Shown: positions 12,122 to 25,735, counted from the first letter of the stretch. The stretch: DNA of 64,000 nt from Zygnema circumcarinatum SAG 698-1b (GCA_037447605.1 CM074812.1:2046001-2110000); one strand, 5' to 3'. A program made the numbers and translations. Notes: generated from the sequence alone by a model not told the origin.

Positions 12122-15100
12122 TCACGTCTTCCTTGCGAACCGCGCCAAAGCCGACCCCACATCCTTCCCACTCCCACTCTCACTCCCTCCCTTCTCCTTC
12201 TCCCTCTCCCTCTGCTTCCTTTCCCTCTCCCTCTGCTTCATATCCCCCACAACGTCCGCCTTCTTCTCCTCCACAACGTTGAGCTGCTTCTTCTTGTGCC
12301 TCTTCGACGGCTTATTCCTCCCCTTCGACTTATCCTTCACCTTTTTCGGCCCCTCCTCCTTCCTCGCCGCCATGTTCGCTGCCCGTTCTATGCTCGCCAC
12401 AACGCTCTGCCGTTCCCCGCTTTTCCGTTCCACAGCACCGATCTTCCGTGGGTCCAAAACGATCATTTCCGGCTGTAATTTGTCTAGCAGAGAATGCACC
12501 TCCGTCTCCCTCCTTTGTGTGCGAGTCTGGTAAGGATTCGCCACAAAGGAGTCAAAATTTGGCTCTCCCCCTCCCGGCACAATGACGGAGGAGAAACCAA
12601 GCGCGTGACCTATACCCAACACATCTTCGTAGGGGCAAAACCTAATTCCGCTGACGTCAGCACCCCTAGGCACCCTATGGGTCATATAGGGCGCCTTCTG
12701 CTTTGACGTCATCGCATCTTTCCAGATTTGGATTCCTGAGCCGTAGCCAATAGCAAGCAGCCCCCTTTGACTGATCGTTGCTGAGCTGGCAGGCGAGGGA
12801 GTGAAGTAGGCATGCACCTCCTTGAAAGTTCGAATGTCCCAAATTTTTAGCTGCCCGTCAAGGCCAGTGGTTGCCATGTATTGGCCCTGCTGGTCGACTG
12901 TGACAGCTGTCACGGGCCCCCTATGGCAGAGCATGCTGGCTAGGGGCACCCCGAGGTTGGGGCTCCATAGAGTCACAGTTCCGTTGGCCTGTCCGAGATG
13001 CAGAACGGCGTTCCATGGGTTGGCCACCATGGAGCCGCAGCGGCCGCGGCGCGTGCGGTGGTGTGCGACTATCTGGCCTGTGCTCGTATCCACGTACTGA
13101 AGGAGGCCGGACTTGCCCATGGAGGCGAGCAGGAAGTGGTGGGGGAGGAACTCTAGGGAGGCAACTCGGCGGTGCTCCTGCAGGGAGGGAGAGAGAGGGA
13201 GGGGGGCAGGACGGGAGAGGGAGGAGAGAGAGGGAGGGGGCAGGACGGGAGAGGGAGGAGAGAGAGGGAGGGGGCAGGAGGGAGGGAGGGAGGGGCAGGA
13301 GGAGGGAGAGGGGGGCAGGAGGAGAGGGAGGGGGCAGGAGGGAGAGGGGGGGGGCAGGAGGAGAGGGAGGGGGCAGAGGGGAGAGGGAGGAGAGCAGGAG
13401 GAGAGGGAGGGGGCAGAAGGGGAGGGAGAAGGGGAGAGGGAGGGGGGCAGGAGGGGAGAGGGAGGGGGCAGGAGGGGAGAGGGAGGGGGGCAGGAGGGGA
13501 GAGGGAGGGGGGCAGGAGGGGAGAGGGAGGGGGGCAGGAGGGGAGAGGGAGGGGGGCAGGAGGGGAGAGGGAGGGGAGCAGGAGGGAGAGGGGGAGCAGG
13601 AGGGAGAGGAGGGAGCAGGAGGGAGAGGGGGCAGGAGGGAGAGGGAGGGAGCAGGAGGAGAAAGGGAGGGTGGCAGGAGGGAGAGGGGGCAGGAGGGAGG
13701 GAGGCAGGAGGGAGAGGAGGGGGCAGAAGGGGAGAGGGAGGGGCAGGAGGGGAGAGGGGGCAGGAGGGAGAGGGAGGGGGCAGGAGGGAGAGGGGGCAGG
13801 AGGGAGAGGGAGGGGGCAGGAGGGAGGGAGGGGGGCAGGAGGAGAGGGAGGGGGCAGGAGGGGAGAGGGAGGGCAGAAGGGGAGGGAGGGGGCAGGAGGG
13901 AGGGAGGGGGCAGGAGGGAGAGGGAGGGGGCAGGAGGGAGGGAGGAGAGCAGGAGGAGAGAGGGAGGGCGGCAGGATGGGAGAGGGAGGGGAGCAGGAGA
14001 GAGGGAGGGCGGCAGGAGGGGAGAGGGAGGAGAGCAGGAGGAGAGAGGGAGGGCGGCAAGAGGGGAGAGGGAGGAGAGCAGGAGGAGAGAGGGAGGGCGG
14101 CAGGATGGGAGAGGGAGGGGAGCAGGAGGAGAAAGGGAGGGTGGCAGGAGGGGAGAGGGAGGAGAGCAGGCAGAGAGAGGGAGGGCGGCAGGTGGGAGAG
14201 GGAGGGGAGCAGGAGGAGAAAGGGTGGGCAAGGGGGGAGGAACGGAAGTGGAGAGGCAAGAGAGTCAAGAAGGGGAGTGGGAAGGGAGTGGGAGGGAAAG
14301 GGAGAGAGGGACGGGAGAGGGAAGGCAAGGAGAGAGAGGGAGGGAGCGGAACTGAGAAAGGGTCACTCAAGCAGACAGTTTTTAGGGTTTTTAGGGTTTT
14401 TAGGGTTTTTGGGGTTCTACATGGATTCAAATTTTGACAACCTCAAATAGTTGGGGCAATTTGTCAGAGGATAGAGAGAGGGAGAAAATGGGACGAAAGG
14501 CGGGAGAGTTCGAGAAACAGAGGGACAGAGGGAGGTAGGGGAGCGAGGGGGTAGAGAGAAGAAAATAGGAGAGAGGGGGAAAGAGAGAGAGAGGGGTACT
14601 GCTTACCTTTAAGCAGTGAACTTCCAAGCCTCGCTTGTCGTATATGTACACATATCTGCATTCATTACCACAAGAAACCAACTTTGTTCAAAAAAAAAAA
14701 ATATACTTTTTCTTCCTCCAAGTCTTCAATCAAAGTGGGAAGTCAAATAGAAAACAGAAAACGAGAGGGTGAATTTGAGAGGGAGGAGGGCAACTAGGAA
14801 AGAGAGAAGCCTGCGGAAATCGAAGTTTTATTCTGTAGGCAATAGACCAAAATTTCATGCACATTCAATGATTCAAGTCTCCCCTGAACCCTAAACCATC
14901 ATCTCTTAACCATTCCAAGAATGCCAAGTTGGGATCAAGGGGAAAGTGAGTTCTCACTTTTTTTGGGCAACCGCGTAAAACATTTCATTGTGCAAAAAAT
15001 GGACGTCTCTAATTTTTTCCTTAACCTGCCCCAACCAATCAGAACACCACAGACATTGACCGTAATGATGATTTTCTCACAAACATTTCACTATCGGGCA

Positions 15101-17475
15101 AGTAATGACCGAACGAAAGAAAGAAAGCCCAAAAGGTCAACGAAGGGATGGAACGAAACATGACGGAGGGATGTGACGTCAGCCGAGTAACGACAAAGGA
15201 AGCGCTGAATTAGGGGCTATTAAAACGAACTTGAAGCTCACAAACGATTTTGCTCCTCCGCCAATCGATCATCGCCACGTGGCCCTTCTGCCCCCCCAGC
15301 AACAGGAAACGGCCGTTCCGTGTGTAGTCCAGTTTGTACGGCCCCAGTTCTGCAGTCAAAGCCGCGCATGCAAATGAGTGTCTTTGTATGCATGACCCCA
15401 TTATCAACATTATCGCCGTTGACTTTTGCGGTTGCATGTCCATTATAGGGTTTTCAGGCTTTTGAAACTCCTTATAGGGTCTCCACAATAAAGACTGTTC
15501 TTTCATCTTTACTGCGACTTATACCAGTTTTTAAGTTTTCAACTTCTACGCCTTGAGAGTATTCGACGTTTTATGCTTTATTCCAGCGATAAGGTTCAGA
15601 AACTCCGAAAACAGACCTAAGAATTCAAACCAACACCTTGCACATGAAACCAACAAACAGCAAATGAGATAAAGCAGGGAAGTAGATTGACCTGGCAGCT
15701 TTAGGTCAAAAGCATTCCTCCCTGCCGCCAGGCCGACCTCTGCAACGACATCCTCCTGCTTGAAATTTCTTGTTCTCTCAATTCCCTCCGCTTCAAGGAA
15801 TCCACCTTCACTCGGTAGTAGCCACTGGAGAATCATAGAATCGTGTGAGTGTGAGAGAGATAGGGGGAAAGCAAGAGAAAGAGAGGGAAAAGAGAGAGGT
15901 AGGGGGAGAGAGAGGGTGTTGGAGAAGAGAGAGAGAGAGAGAGAGAGAAGGTGGGAAAGAGACAGGAGGGGAAGAGAGTGAGGGGCGGGGAAGGCAGAAT
16001 GGGCAAAGTGAGAAGTAGAGAGAGGAGGGGGAAAAGAGAGGGGGAAGCGAGAAAGTGAGAGAGGGAGAAAGAGATGATGCAAGAGGACTAATGGAGATGT
16101 CTTCTCCCATTCTCTCCGCAGTTTTTTTTTCACTCCAAGAGCACTTGTTCCTGCTCACTGGTCTTCTTTCTAGCTCTACTTTTCGGCATTACTTTCCTCC
16201 CTCTCTCTTTCCTCTTTTTAGGGTTTTTAAGGTTTTTAGGGTTTCTAGGGTTTTTAGGGTTGACTTCAATTCTTCCTCCATGTTTCCTCCTCTCTCCTCG
16301 CCTCTACCACCCCAGTCCTCCCTCTCCTTTCCAAATCTTTTGCAGCTGCCTCTTCCCATTCCCTTCTCCTCTCCTTCATGTCAGCGAACTTCTCCTCCTC
16401 CCACTCCTATCGCCCAACTCCTCTCTTCTCCTCTGCTCTCCTTTCCCAATTCACCAAAGTGGCATCTGGAACAATAGCGACGAAACCGACCCCGCCAAAC
16501 TTTTCAATTGAAGAAACCCTTCTACCCAATTGAACTTCAAAATTTCGCAGCTTTACAGCTTAAAACCCTGCCAGAGAAGCTGAGCCCACCTGCTCCGTCT
16601 TGGCTGCACTGACAACGGCCGTCTCGTACAACTGCTCGCGCTCCTTCAGTACGCCCTTCAGCTTTTTGTCGGCCACTTTCTGCATGCCGAATTTCAATCT
16701 GTGAGAACTCCCACTCTCCCTCCCCCCACTCTCTCACTCCACTCCCTCTCTCCCGCCCCTCCCTCTCTCCCCCACTCCAAATGCCCGCCTTCTGCCCTCT
16801 GCCCCTTACTCCTCCGCTCGTCCATGCATCCTTAATCAAACAGTCCCTTCCCTCTTCACCTATTCTCCCTGCCTCTCCCCTTCCATCCTATCTCTCCGTT
16901 TCTGCCTTCCCCCTCCCTCTCTCGTCATTTCCCCTCCCTCTTTCGTCACTCCCCCTCCCTCTCCCCTCACTCCCCCTCCCTCTCCCCTAACTCCCCTGCC
17001 CCCTCTCGTCACTCCCTCTCCCTCGCCCCTCACTCCCCCACCCCCTCTCGTCACTCCCGTTCCCTCTCCCCTCAAAACCCCCCTCCTCTCGTCACTCCCA
17101 CACCCCCTCTTGTCACCCCCCCTCCCTCACCCCTCACTCCCCCTCCCTCTCCCCTAACTCCCCCACCCCCTCTCGTCACTCCCACTCCCTCTCCCCTCAC
17201 TCCCCCTCCCTCTACTCCCATTCCTGCCATTCTCCCAATGCCCACCTTAAAAGGAAACCTCTGGGGACCGCCCTAATGTCAAACTACGAAAGCCCATCAG
17301 ACCACTCGCACGAATTCTACAAAACCACTACTTAAAGACCCAAACCAGTAAACCCAAAGCGTTCGAATGCAGTAAAATATTGGCGTCACTCAGCTCAACT
17401 GAAGCCCAAATGCAGCCATGACATACTTGAACGAAGAAAAAGCTCCAAAAAAAATCCATACTAAAAACTAGAAAC

Positions 17476-17514
<39 letters not shown>

Positions 17515-17869
17515 CCCTGGAGAAGTTTTACAGCCGCACACCCCAAAGCCCCCCCCTCACCTTGACAGCTGTCGCCGGCCCTCGGACGTACTTCGTCATT
17601 CGCGCGCGCACCTCCTTCTCCACTTTCCGCGCGTTCACCGCCTGCGCCTCTTCACTCCCTCTCCCACCCAAGCTCCCTCTCCCTCTCCCTCTCCCACTCC
17701 CACTCCCTCCCCCTCTCTCACCCCCACTCCCTCCCCCTCTCCCTTGCCCACTTCTCCCTCCTCTTTTCCCTCTTTCCTCCGCCATGGTCTCCTCCCGTGG
17801 CCGCTTCTTCCCCCTGCGATCCATCACAGAGCTGCCTCCACCCGCCTTCTCCCCCGCCTCCTCCGCCAT
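12122..17869 (-). CDS. WDR46: WD40 protein WDR46/UTP7 (BING4 family), SSU processome component
   Basis: Exons 17869-17561, 16679-16590, 15824-15692, 15349-15231, 15025-14958, 14655-14607, 13177-12122, all GT-AG and in frame. Motifs: LGPYKLDYTRNGRFLLLGGQKGH, FLHNEMFYAVAQKKYVYIYD, LEFLPHHFLLAS, HRGPVTAV, and the BING4 C-terminal GEPNFDSFVANPYQT..EVHSLLDKL. Confidence 0.96.
13185..14350 (+). repeat. Purine-rich minisatellite (about 20-22-bp GGGGCAGGAGGGAGAGGGA-like units) in WDR46 intron 6
   Basis: Degenerate tandem GGGGGCAGGAGG(G)GAGAGGGA units over about 1.15 kb. Confidence 0.9.
14378..14413 (+). repeat. Interstitial telomere-like array (TTTTTAGGG)3-4
   Basis: tttttaggg x3 plus tttttgggg. 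Similar arrays at ~1503-1519, 5826-5853, 16214-16260, 47483-47555, 51765-51805. Confidence 0.85.
16915..17190 (+). repeat. Degenerate tandem repeat (CCCTCTCGTCACTCCC core) in WDR46 intron 1
   Basis: The core CTCTCGTCA(C/T) recurs about 5 times within a C-rich block. Confidence 0.75.
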
Positions 17870-18815
17870 GTCGCCCTCGCCTCCCTCTCCCTCTCCCTCC
17901 TTCGCCCTCTCCTCTCTCCCTCTCTCCGTCTCCCTCTCCCTCTCTCTCTCCCTCTCCCTCACTCCAGCCCGTGCGCAGTCCGCGGCAGCCGTTGGATCTA
18001 TGACCCGCGCCCGATCTCGCGGCACCGTCGGATACCGCCCTCACCTGTATCGAGATATACCACTTCATGGAACGATATATATCGCGATGCGGTACGAAGC
18101 GGTACGGTCCATCCAACGGTGTGCGCCGACCGCCGTAACCCAATGGGAACAAGCGCCTCCGCCAGAATCACACGTCAGTGTACTGCGCGCACAACGCCAA
18201 CGGCTGTGCGCGCAGCGAATGTGACCAATCGGAGGACTTTTGCTCGAACTCACAGACAATGGAAACTCGCTATATCACACACTAATGCACACGGCATATG
18301 TATGACGCGGCTCCTCGCCATTGGTCAGCACTAACTAGGGCGTGCGCGCAGTGCAAATAGGGACGGCGACCGCAATAATCCTTCGGTATGATTACAGTCA
18401 ACGGTCGACGGTCAACGGTCATTCAAAACATTTCTTCCTCTGCCCGATCGTGTTCGGCAATGGCGGTATACCACGTGTCAAACGCGCGTCCCTAGAGATC
18501 CTCACAGTGCGCCACGTGTGAGTGGAGGCGGCGACGGCCAACGTATGTTAGCCACGTGGCAATGAACGAGTATAGGGCATGTTCTGTGGAGACCAAAACG
18601 AGTACTGTGGAGGGACGACGCTCCGAGATCAAGTACACCGCAATCACAGCAGAAGCGGTACTCCGCCCTGCGGGGCGCTAGCGGAGGTGGCGGCGAGGGC
18701 GGAGGGAGGGAGAGCGTCTCATAGAAGGAGAGGGGAGAGGGGAGGGGGAGAGGGAGAGGGAGAGGGAGAGGGAGAGGGAGAGGAGCGGGGGAGGTTTTGG
18801 GGGAGGTCCTTTGCT
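17870..18815. promoter_or_regulatory. Divergent (bidirectional) promoter region between WDR46 and the patatin gene
   Basis: Head-to-head ATGs at 17869 (-) and 18816 (+). Three CACGTG G-boxes at ~18472-18558, AACGG motifs, CCAAT at ~18225. Confidence 0.6.
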
Positions 18816-21654
18816 ATGGCAGGCGAGCTGAACCCATTGAATTCCGAGAATAACGCTCTGCCGCAGAGAGGGCAGCGCGTGAAGAGTGGGAAGGAGAGAG
18901 AGGGAGAGGCGGAGAGAGAGGAGAACAGAGAGAGAGAAGAGGAGCTCGCGGGCGTGCGGCTGGAGAGTGGTGGGGTCGGCATTCATGGCCTGTGGGGGGA
19001 GGGAGGAGTCGCTGGGGAGGGCAGAGAGGGAGTGGGAGAGGGATTGGGAGAGGGAGAGAGCGGGAGGGAGAGGAGGGGCAAGGTGTGCATTCTGAGCATC
19101 GACGGAGGCGGCATGAGGGGGGTCATCCCCGCGCGCAGTCTTGCGCACATAGAGGCGCTGCTGCAGGAGAAGACCGCCAATCCGGACGCGCGGATTGTCG
19201 ACTACTTCGACATTGTGAGGCCTCCTTTCTTCCGTCCCCCTCTCTCTCTCCCTCCCTCCCTCCCTCTCTCCCTTCCTCCCTCCATCCCTCGTTGTCTCCC
19301 TCTTTTCTATTTCATCATTCTGCCCTTTCCCCTCATTCTCCTACCCTTTGTCTGCCCCTCCCACTCTCCCCGTCTGTCTTTCTTCTCCTCCCTTTCCCCG
19401 TTCAACCTTTTTTTTTCTTTGTTCCTCTCTCTCCCTCTTTGTGCTCCTCTGCGCAATTTAAATATATTTTGCACTTCACTTCGTCGTTCGTGTAATTCTC
19501 TCTCTCTCTTTCTCTCTCTCGCTCTCTGCCTCCCATGATACATTGCTTCTTTATTCATAGCCACCCTTTTAAGCTCGAGTATTTTTTCCTGATAACCCCA
19601 GTTTCCTCATCCTTTCCCCTCTCCCTCTTTCCCTCATCGCTCCTCTCTCCCCCTTCCTCCCCTCCCCCCCTTCCCCCTATCGTCCGCTTCTCCTCCCTAC
19701 CCACTACCTCCACTTCCTCAACCCCCCCTTCCCCCCCTTCCCCCCCCCCTCCACACCATATTAAAAGACGACTCAAAGAGCTCTTGCCGGCTTTACTTTA
19801 ACCGTTAACACCGTTTAAACCGTTAACCGTTAAAGAGGTTGGGCAGTGTGCAGGGACCTCAGTGGGCGCCCTCCTCACCTTAATGCTTTTTGCGGAAGGC
19901 GAGGACGGCCGCCCACTTTTTCGAGCAAGCGAAGCATGGACCTTTATGAAGGAAAATTGTCAGCACATTTTTTTTAGCCCGTGGTGGACCGTCTTCTACT
20001 CGCGAATTCGCGGCATCTTCTCTCCCAAATTTTCTGCCCGCCCTTTTGAATCTCTCCTCAGCTCCCACCTCTCTCGGAAAAGTGACGGTCGCCCCCTCAC
20101 TTTGAGGGATACTTTGCGGCCCATTCTCGTTCCCTGCTACGATATATCGCGAGCAGCCGTATTTTTGTTTTCTAGGAAATCTGCAATTGAAGATGAGAGA
20201 TGGAATTTTCGGCTGTGGGAGGTGCTCCGAGCTGCATGTTCTGCGCCGGCGCTTTTTGGGCCCTTCAAGCTGAAGTCCGTGGATGGTGTGACAGATGTCA
20301 CGGCTATAGATGGTGCTCTTGTGATGAATAATCCGGTGGGTGATGGGTTTCAGTCATTGTGTGAATGCTGTGGATTTGAACTTGAATGCACCTCTACGGT
20401 GTTTCTGAGAAGGTCTTATAGCCTTATCGCCAGAAATTTCGAAAGAAACTTAAGAACGATGTTCTAAAGAATCACTTCAGAAACTCCACAACTTTCGAAA
20501 ACAGAGATCAACATTCTCGAAGAATTGCCACTATTGTAAAGAGCTATATCATCTTCTTTGCTTGTTCTGTCCCTGTCATTAACAGTTGACTTGTTTGTGA
20601 TCTGCACATGCATGCAGACGATAGCTGTAGTCACTCATGTTCTTCAGAACAAGAGGGAGTTTCCGCATTGTCGCGGTACAAGAGATATGCTTCTCCTTTC
20701 TCTCGGAACGGGACAGTTTTCGCACAAGTACGAGCACGAGCAGGTCCGATCGTGGGGAGTAGCGCAGTGGGCCAAACCGGTATTGAAAATAATCGGCGAC
20801 GGAATCGCAAGTATGGTTGACCAAACAGTGGGGCTCGCCTTCTCAGGAGATGCAAAGCAACAATACTTGCGGCTGCAGGTAAACGGGTTTCCGTTCTACC
20901 GCATGTGTTGTTGCGCACTCCTTCTCCCCCTCTCTCTTCCCTCTATTCTCCGGTTTTCTCCTCGATCCTTCCCTGCTGTCACTTCTCCTGCCCCTCTCTC
21001 TTTGATTCTTTTCTAATTCTATGTAGTTTCCTTTCTTGCCCTCTTCTCTCTTTGACTCTTCTCTCGTAGTGTCTTTTCCCTCTGGCTAGGTTGGTTTGCA
21101 GCTCCCTTTCCTCGTAATCTCTTCGCCCCTTCCCCATTTCCCCTCCCTCTCCCTCTTCCTCCTCCGTCCTTCCCTCTCCCACGTTCTCCCTCCATCCATC
21201 CCTTCCCCCCCCCCCTTCCTCCCTCTCCCCTCCCCCCCCTTTCCACCCCTTTCCCCTTCCTCCCGCCACATCCAAACCTCCCACTTTCCCAACATCTGCT
21301 CCCTTACGAAACGAAAACACTCACCTCCCAAAATCTCCCTCCCCTCCACTCCCCTCCNNNNNNNNNNCCCTTTTCCTTCAGGTGGAGGGTCTCCCAAAGC
21401 GCGCGTTCGCGGAGTCTTCGAGTCCTGCGGCCGCCAACGTGGTGCGCCTGACCGCGCTGGCGGACGCCCTGATGGCGCGGCCCGCGCGGGTCCACGAGGC
21501 GTTTGGGCGCGCCAAGGACCTCCCCTGCACCAACGCGCAGCGCCTCGCGGCATTCCTCGACGCTGTCATCGCCGAGCGCCGAGCGCGATGCGAGGGGGGG
21601 GAAGACTTTGTCGACCTCCTTCAGTCACCGCCGGTCAAAGAGCGGGGCGGCTGA
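18816..21654 (+). CDS. Patatin-like phospholipase, plant pPLAIII-type
   Basis: Exons 18816-19214, 19847-20335, 20618-20879, 21382-21654. Motifs: ILSIDGGGMRG, DYFDI|CAGTSVG, LRDTLRPILVPCYD, IDGALVMNNP, THVLQNKREFP..DMLLLSLGTG, MVDQ, YLRLQ, TNAQRL. The spacing and the HVL.NK.EFP motif match pPLAIII. Confidence 0.93.
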
Positions 21655-22742
21655 GGGTGGGAGGAGGGAGGGAGGAGGGGAGGGATGGGAAGAGGGGAGG
21701 GAGGGAGGGAAGGAGGGATGGGAAGAGGGGAGAAGGAAGGGAGGGAGGAAGGGAGGGAGGGAGGGAGGAAGGGAGGGAAGGAGGGAGGGAGGAGGGAGGG
21801 GAGGAGGGATGGGAAGAGGGATGGGAAGAGGGGAGCGAGGGAGGGAAGGAGGGAGGGAGGACAAAAAGTGGAAAGTGTACAGTTTGCAGTTTTTGACCGT
21901 ACTTGTAGTATTGAAGTTCACAGATGGCAGTTTGTTAGCGCAAAACAGCAATTCGCAAGCGCACAGAGGTCACTTTTTTGGGGAGCGGCAGCTGGTGAAG
22001 TGCAGAACGAGTTCAGGTCACCCTGTATTCCCATTTTAATCTTATATTGTCCCGTATTTCAGGCAATCTGTTGCTGACTCGGTTCACAGGTTCGCAATTT
22101 TTTTTACTGTTGAGGGCGCTAAATTCGAATTGCGAATTGCTTCATTGTTACGGAGGGTTTCAAAGCGAAAGCATTGTGCACGGCCATCATCATCTTAAGG
22201 AAGCACAAAAACAAATGAGGCAATACGACTCGATGTCACAAATGATTGAGGGACAATGAGGCAACATCGACTCGCATTGCAAACCACCCTAATTGCAAAA
22301 CCCCTCTCTCTCCATCCACAACAGCTCCGTTCACCCTTCCATTTCACAACAAGGCCCTGCAGCACATGCAGCTAGCACGGTTTCAGTTCACATGGACCCG
22401 CAAATCAGCTGCAGTCCGAACACCGCCCTCGCCCTCCGCCAGGTGACGCCTACAGAATTAAGAATTTGGCACACCTCCTCCCTCCACTTAGGAGACCGAG
22501 GCGCCACCCGACTGCTACTCTGGAGACAGTTTCGTTCTCCGCTCCGTTCTGGTTCGTCTTCGCCAACCGGAAGGACGCAGAGAGTGGACAAGCTAAGGAA
22601 GAAAAAGAGCGCTTCCATCCATCCAATTCAAAGGGCCCATGGGGCATCCGCCTCGACCTGGAAAAAAGGCATCTCCCACTCCTCTCCCTGGCCTCTCTTC
22701 CCCCTCTGCCTCTCTCGCTCTCTCCCTCCCTTCCTCCCTCTC

Positions 22743-25735
22743 TCAGCTGTCGGGCCGCTTCCTGACGGGTGCGATGGTGCGCACGTTGGCGACCCCGCTG
22801 GTGGCCATGCCCTGGCTCTTCACCATCTCCAGGAACTGACCGAGCGTGTCATGGAACTGCTCCAGCGCAGACGCCGGCAAGATGATCACGGAACGGTCTG
22901 CGCCTGTCACCTGCATGGAGAACCGAACCCAACCGGCAATCAGCTATACTCTGTGTATGTGGTTTCCGGTTCTTTAGGCCTTGTGGTAGTTCTTGGTATT
23001 CCAAAACCCACGATTTTTTTTTTACTGTAACTCTCTCTCCTCCTCGTCTCCCTCCCATGGGCCGCAACGCACATGCAATACCAAAGGATGAAGCCCTTCT
23101 CCCCTTACTCTCCCAAATTTCAGCCTCCTCGCCCATTTGTATCCCCCTCTCCCTCCGTCCTCCCGCCCTTCCTTCCACTGGCCCTATCCCTCTCCATCTC
23201 ACCTTGTTTCACAAATTTCCTAATTTTCCCTCCGTTCTTCTGTCATTGCATATCCTCATAACCTTCGCCAATCTCCATACCTCATCTTCGTCTCTCTTGC
23301 ATCCCATTGCTCCCCTCCTCGCTCTCCCTCAAAGCAGCTAACTACTCACCTCTGAGATCTTCAAGTACTGCCCGCGAGCGTTGCTGCCCATATCAAAGAA
23401 AAATCTCTTCTGCTCTGCCCGGACCACCCTCGCTGCATTGAAACCCGCCCCATCTGTCATCTGGGGAGGCGTCATCCCCCCTCCACTCTCCTCCACAGCC
23501 TGAATACTCCCTCCCTGGCTGCCCACCCCCCCGAGATAGCCTCCACCAACGGCTTCTGAAAGCCCTCCAAGTTGGTCCACCTGCCCCCCAGAAGGCCCAG
23601 GCGGCTGCAATGGCCCCAAAGACACCCCGAAAGTTCTGCATTAGTTCACTTAGTAGAGAGATAGTTTGACAAGCCTGGTGTTAAAGTTTGAATAGCTCAA
23701 GGACCATTCAAGGACGGATGGGATTATGTAAGCACTTTGCAGGCTCCGTGCAAGGGAAAAAGTGATGCCCCTGATAACTTGCAAGAATGCCCGAAAGACA
23801 ATATTCAACAGGGAAAAGAAATGATGGCACAGCTTCCACTCCCCTCCTCTAAACACCCTCCCCGCTGCGCTTCTCCACTCTCCTCGCGACCGTTCTCGCC
23901 TTTCCTTCTCTCCCTTCCTTTTTCCGCCATAACCCAATCTGGGCTAGCCTCTCTCCGTCCTCTTCCCAGTTCCCTTCATCCTGTCCTCCTTCTCCTTTCC
24001 CCTTGCTGCTGAAAAAATTCCCCTCTTACCGGCAGAGAAACAGAAGAAGCAGCTGACGCTGGCAGCAGCTGTGAAGCTTCATGGATCTCCACCAGAACAT
24101 TCCGGAAGGCAGCCCATCCCTCCTCTCCTGTCGCGCCAGCTGGCACAATGATGGTACTTCGGTTCCGAGTCATAGAGGCTTCTGAAACCTGCTCATCAAC
24201 AGCCAGCCGCAAGACTTAGAATCAGACTTTATCAAATCTAATTTAATCTGAGTGATAAGACCGCCTGATCTAAAAAGAGATTTCTAATCTGATTCTGTCC
24301 CAGAATTGACTTGGTCTAAGCTGATCGCTTCTTTTCTAGACATTACATTCAAACCTTCCAAAAAAGGATATGCCGAGTCTAATAGCTTGCAAGCCACGCT
24401 AAATCTGTAACGTGGTCCGGAAAAAGCGATGCTTCATCCACATTTGCCGCGAAAAAAAAAAAAAACGAAACAGATAAAAAGTAGAGAGGTCCATGCAAAT
24501 TACCTTCAGAAATCGACCGCGATTATTTTCCCCGACATCAAAGTAGAACACCTGTGAGTTCACATGAGAAGTTAAGCAATCGTCAAAAATCTTGACATCC
24601 TCTTAAGGAACAAATTACTCCGGTAATGATCAAATTGTGATGAGAGAGCTCGTCTGTCCCGCTGTTCGAATATATTCATCAACGATAGCTCATCCAATTT
24701 ACGACTGCGGTTTATATAGAAACCTCAGCGGAACAATGCATGCAGATTCAAAGTACGAACTAACGATAGACCAAGTATTTGTTTACTGCAACGTTTCAGC
24801 ATCGCAGCAAGCATTAGACCCATCACGAATCCATCCAATAAAAAGCTCCAAAACACAATTCAGAGCCAGTTCGCACCTCTGCTTGTGTGCACAAATTTAG
24901 CAGAAAACGAAGGGTACGATCAATACCAGCGGGACAATATTGAGAGAAAGGTAAAGAGATAAAGGGAGAGGGAGAACAAGACAATGAGAGACACATAATT
25001 AAGCCTCGTGCCTCACGAGTGTCACAAGACACACATCATATCCTCCCAAAGAAGGGCGAGGCAGCAGCACGGCGGATCGGTTAGACAGACTCGGAAAAAA
25101 CGCAGAGAAATTTACAGCGAGTAAGAGAAAGCAAGAAAGGGAGACAGAAGACAGTCTGACACACAGAGAGCCGAGAGATGTGTCCATGTGTGTGTGTGAG
25201 TGAGAGAGAGACAAGGAGAGAATGAAAGAGTGCAAGAGATGAAGCATTTCTTGCACCAGAATAGAGGAATAGAGACCGACACAGTGAGACGAGAGAGAGA
25301 GAGCGAGGCTTTTGCGTGTCTGTGCATGAGAGAGAAAGAGGTGAGAGAGAAAGTGCTAAAGCATCTCCTTCACCAAAAGACGGGAACAGAGACCGAAACA
25401 CAGTGAGGCGAGAGCAAGAGAGAGGAGAGAAAACGAACGAGAACGAGCGAGAGAGAGTGAAAGGTTTGAGCAACCTTGGTGTCGAGCTGCAGCTCCTTGC
25501 TGGAGAGCTCCCCATCGTGAGCGGTCGCGCTGGTGGCGTAGTACGTGAAGAGGTCAACGAACCAGACGACTCCAGCGAGAGGCACGATGATGGTGGAGCG
25601 CGAGCCGGAGGTCTTCTCTGAGATCTTGAGGTAGCGCCCGCGCGGGTTCTCCTTGAGGTCGAGGTAGAACAGCTTGTGCTCCACCTGCAGCGTCTTGCAC
25701 ACCAGCTCCGCGTCCGCGCCTGCCGCACCCTCCAT
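22743..25735 (-). CDS. PURA: Pur-alpha (PUR-repeat single-stranded nucleic-acid binding protein)
   Basis: Exons 25735-25475, 24551-24504, 24188-~24030, ~23610-23350, 22910-22743 (exon 3/4 junction ambiguous). Three PUR repeats: KTLQVEHKLFYLDLKENPRGRYLKISE, VFYFDVGENNRGRFLKVSE, RAEQKRFFFDMGSNARGQYLKISE..DRSVIILP. Confidence 0.96.

Noticed and set aside
12921-14450. Five overlapping 420-446-aa ORFs on both strands
   Set aside because: They arise from the G/A minisatellite in WDR46 intron 6; there are no stops by composition and no domain content.
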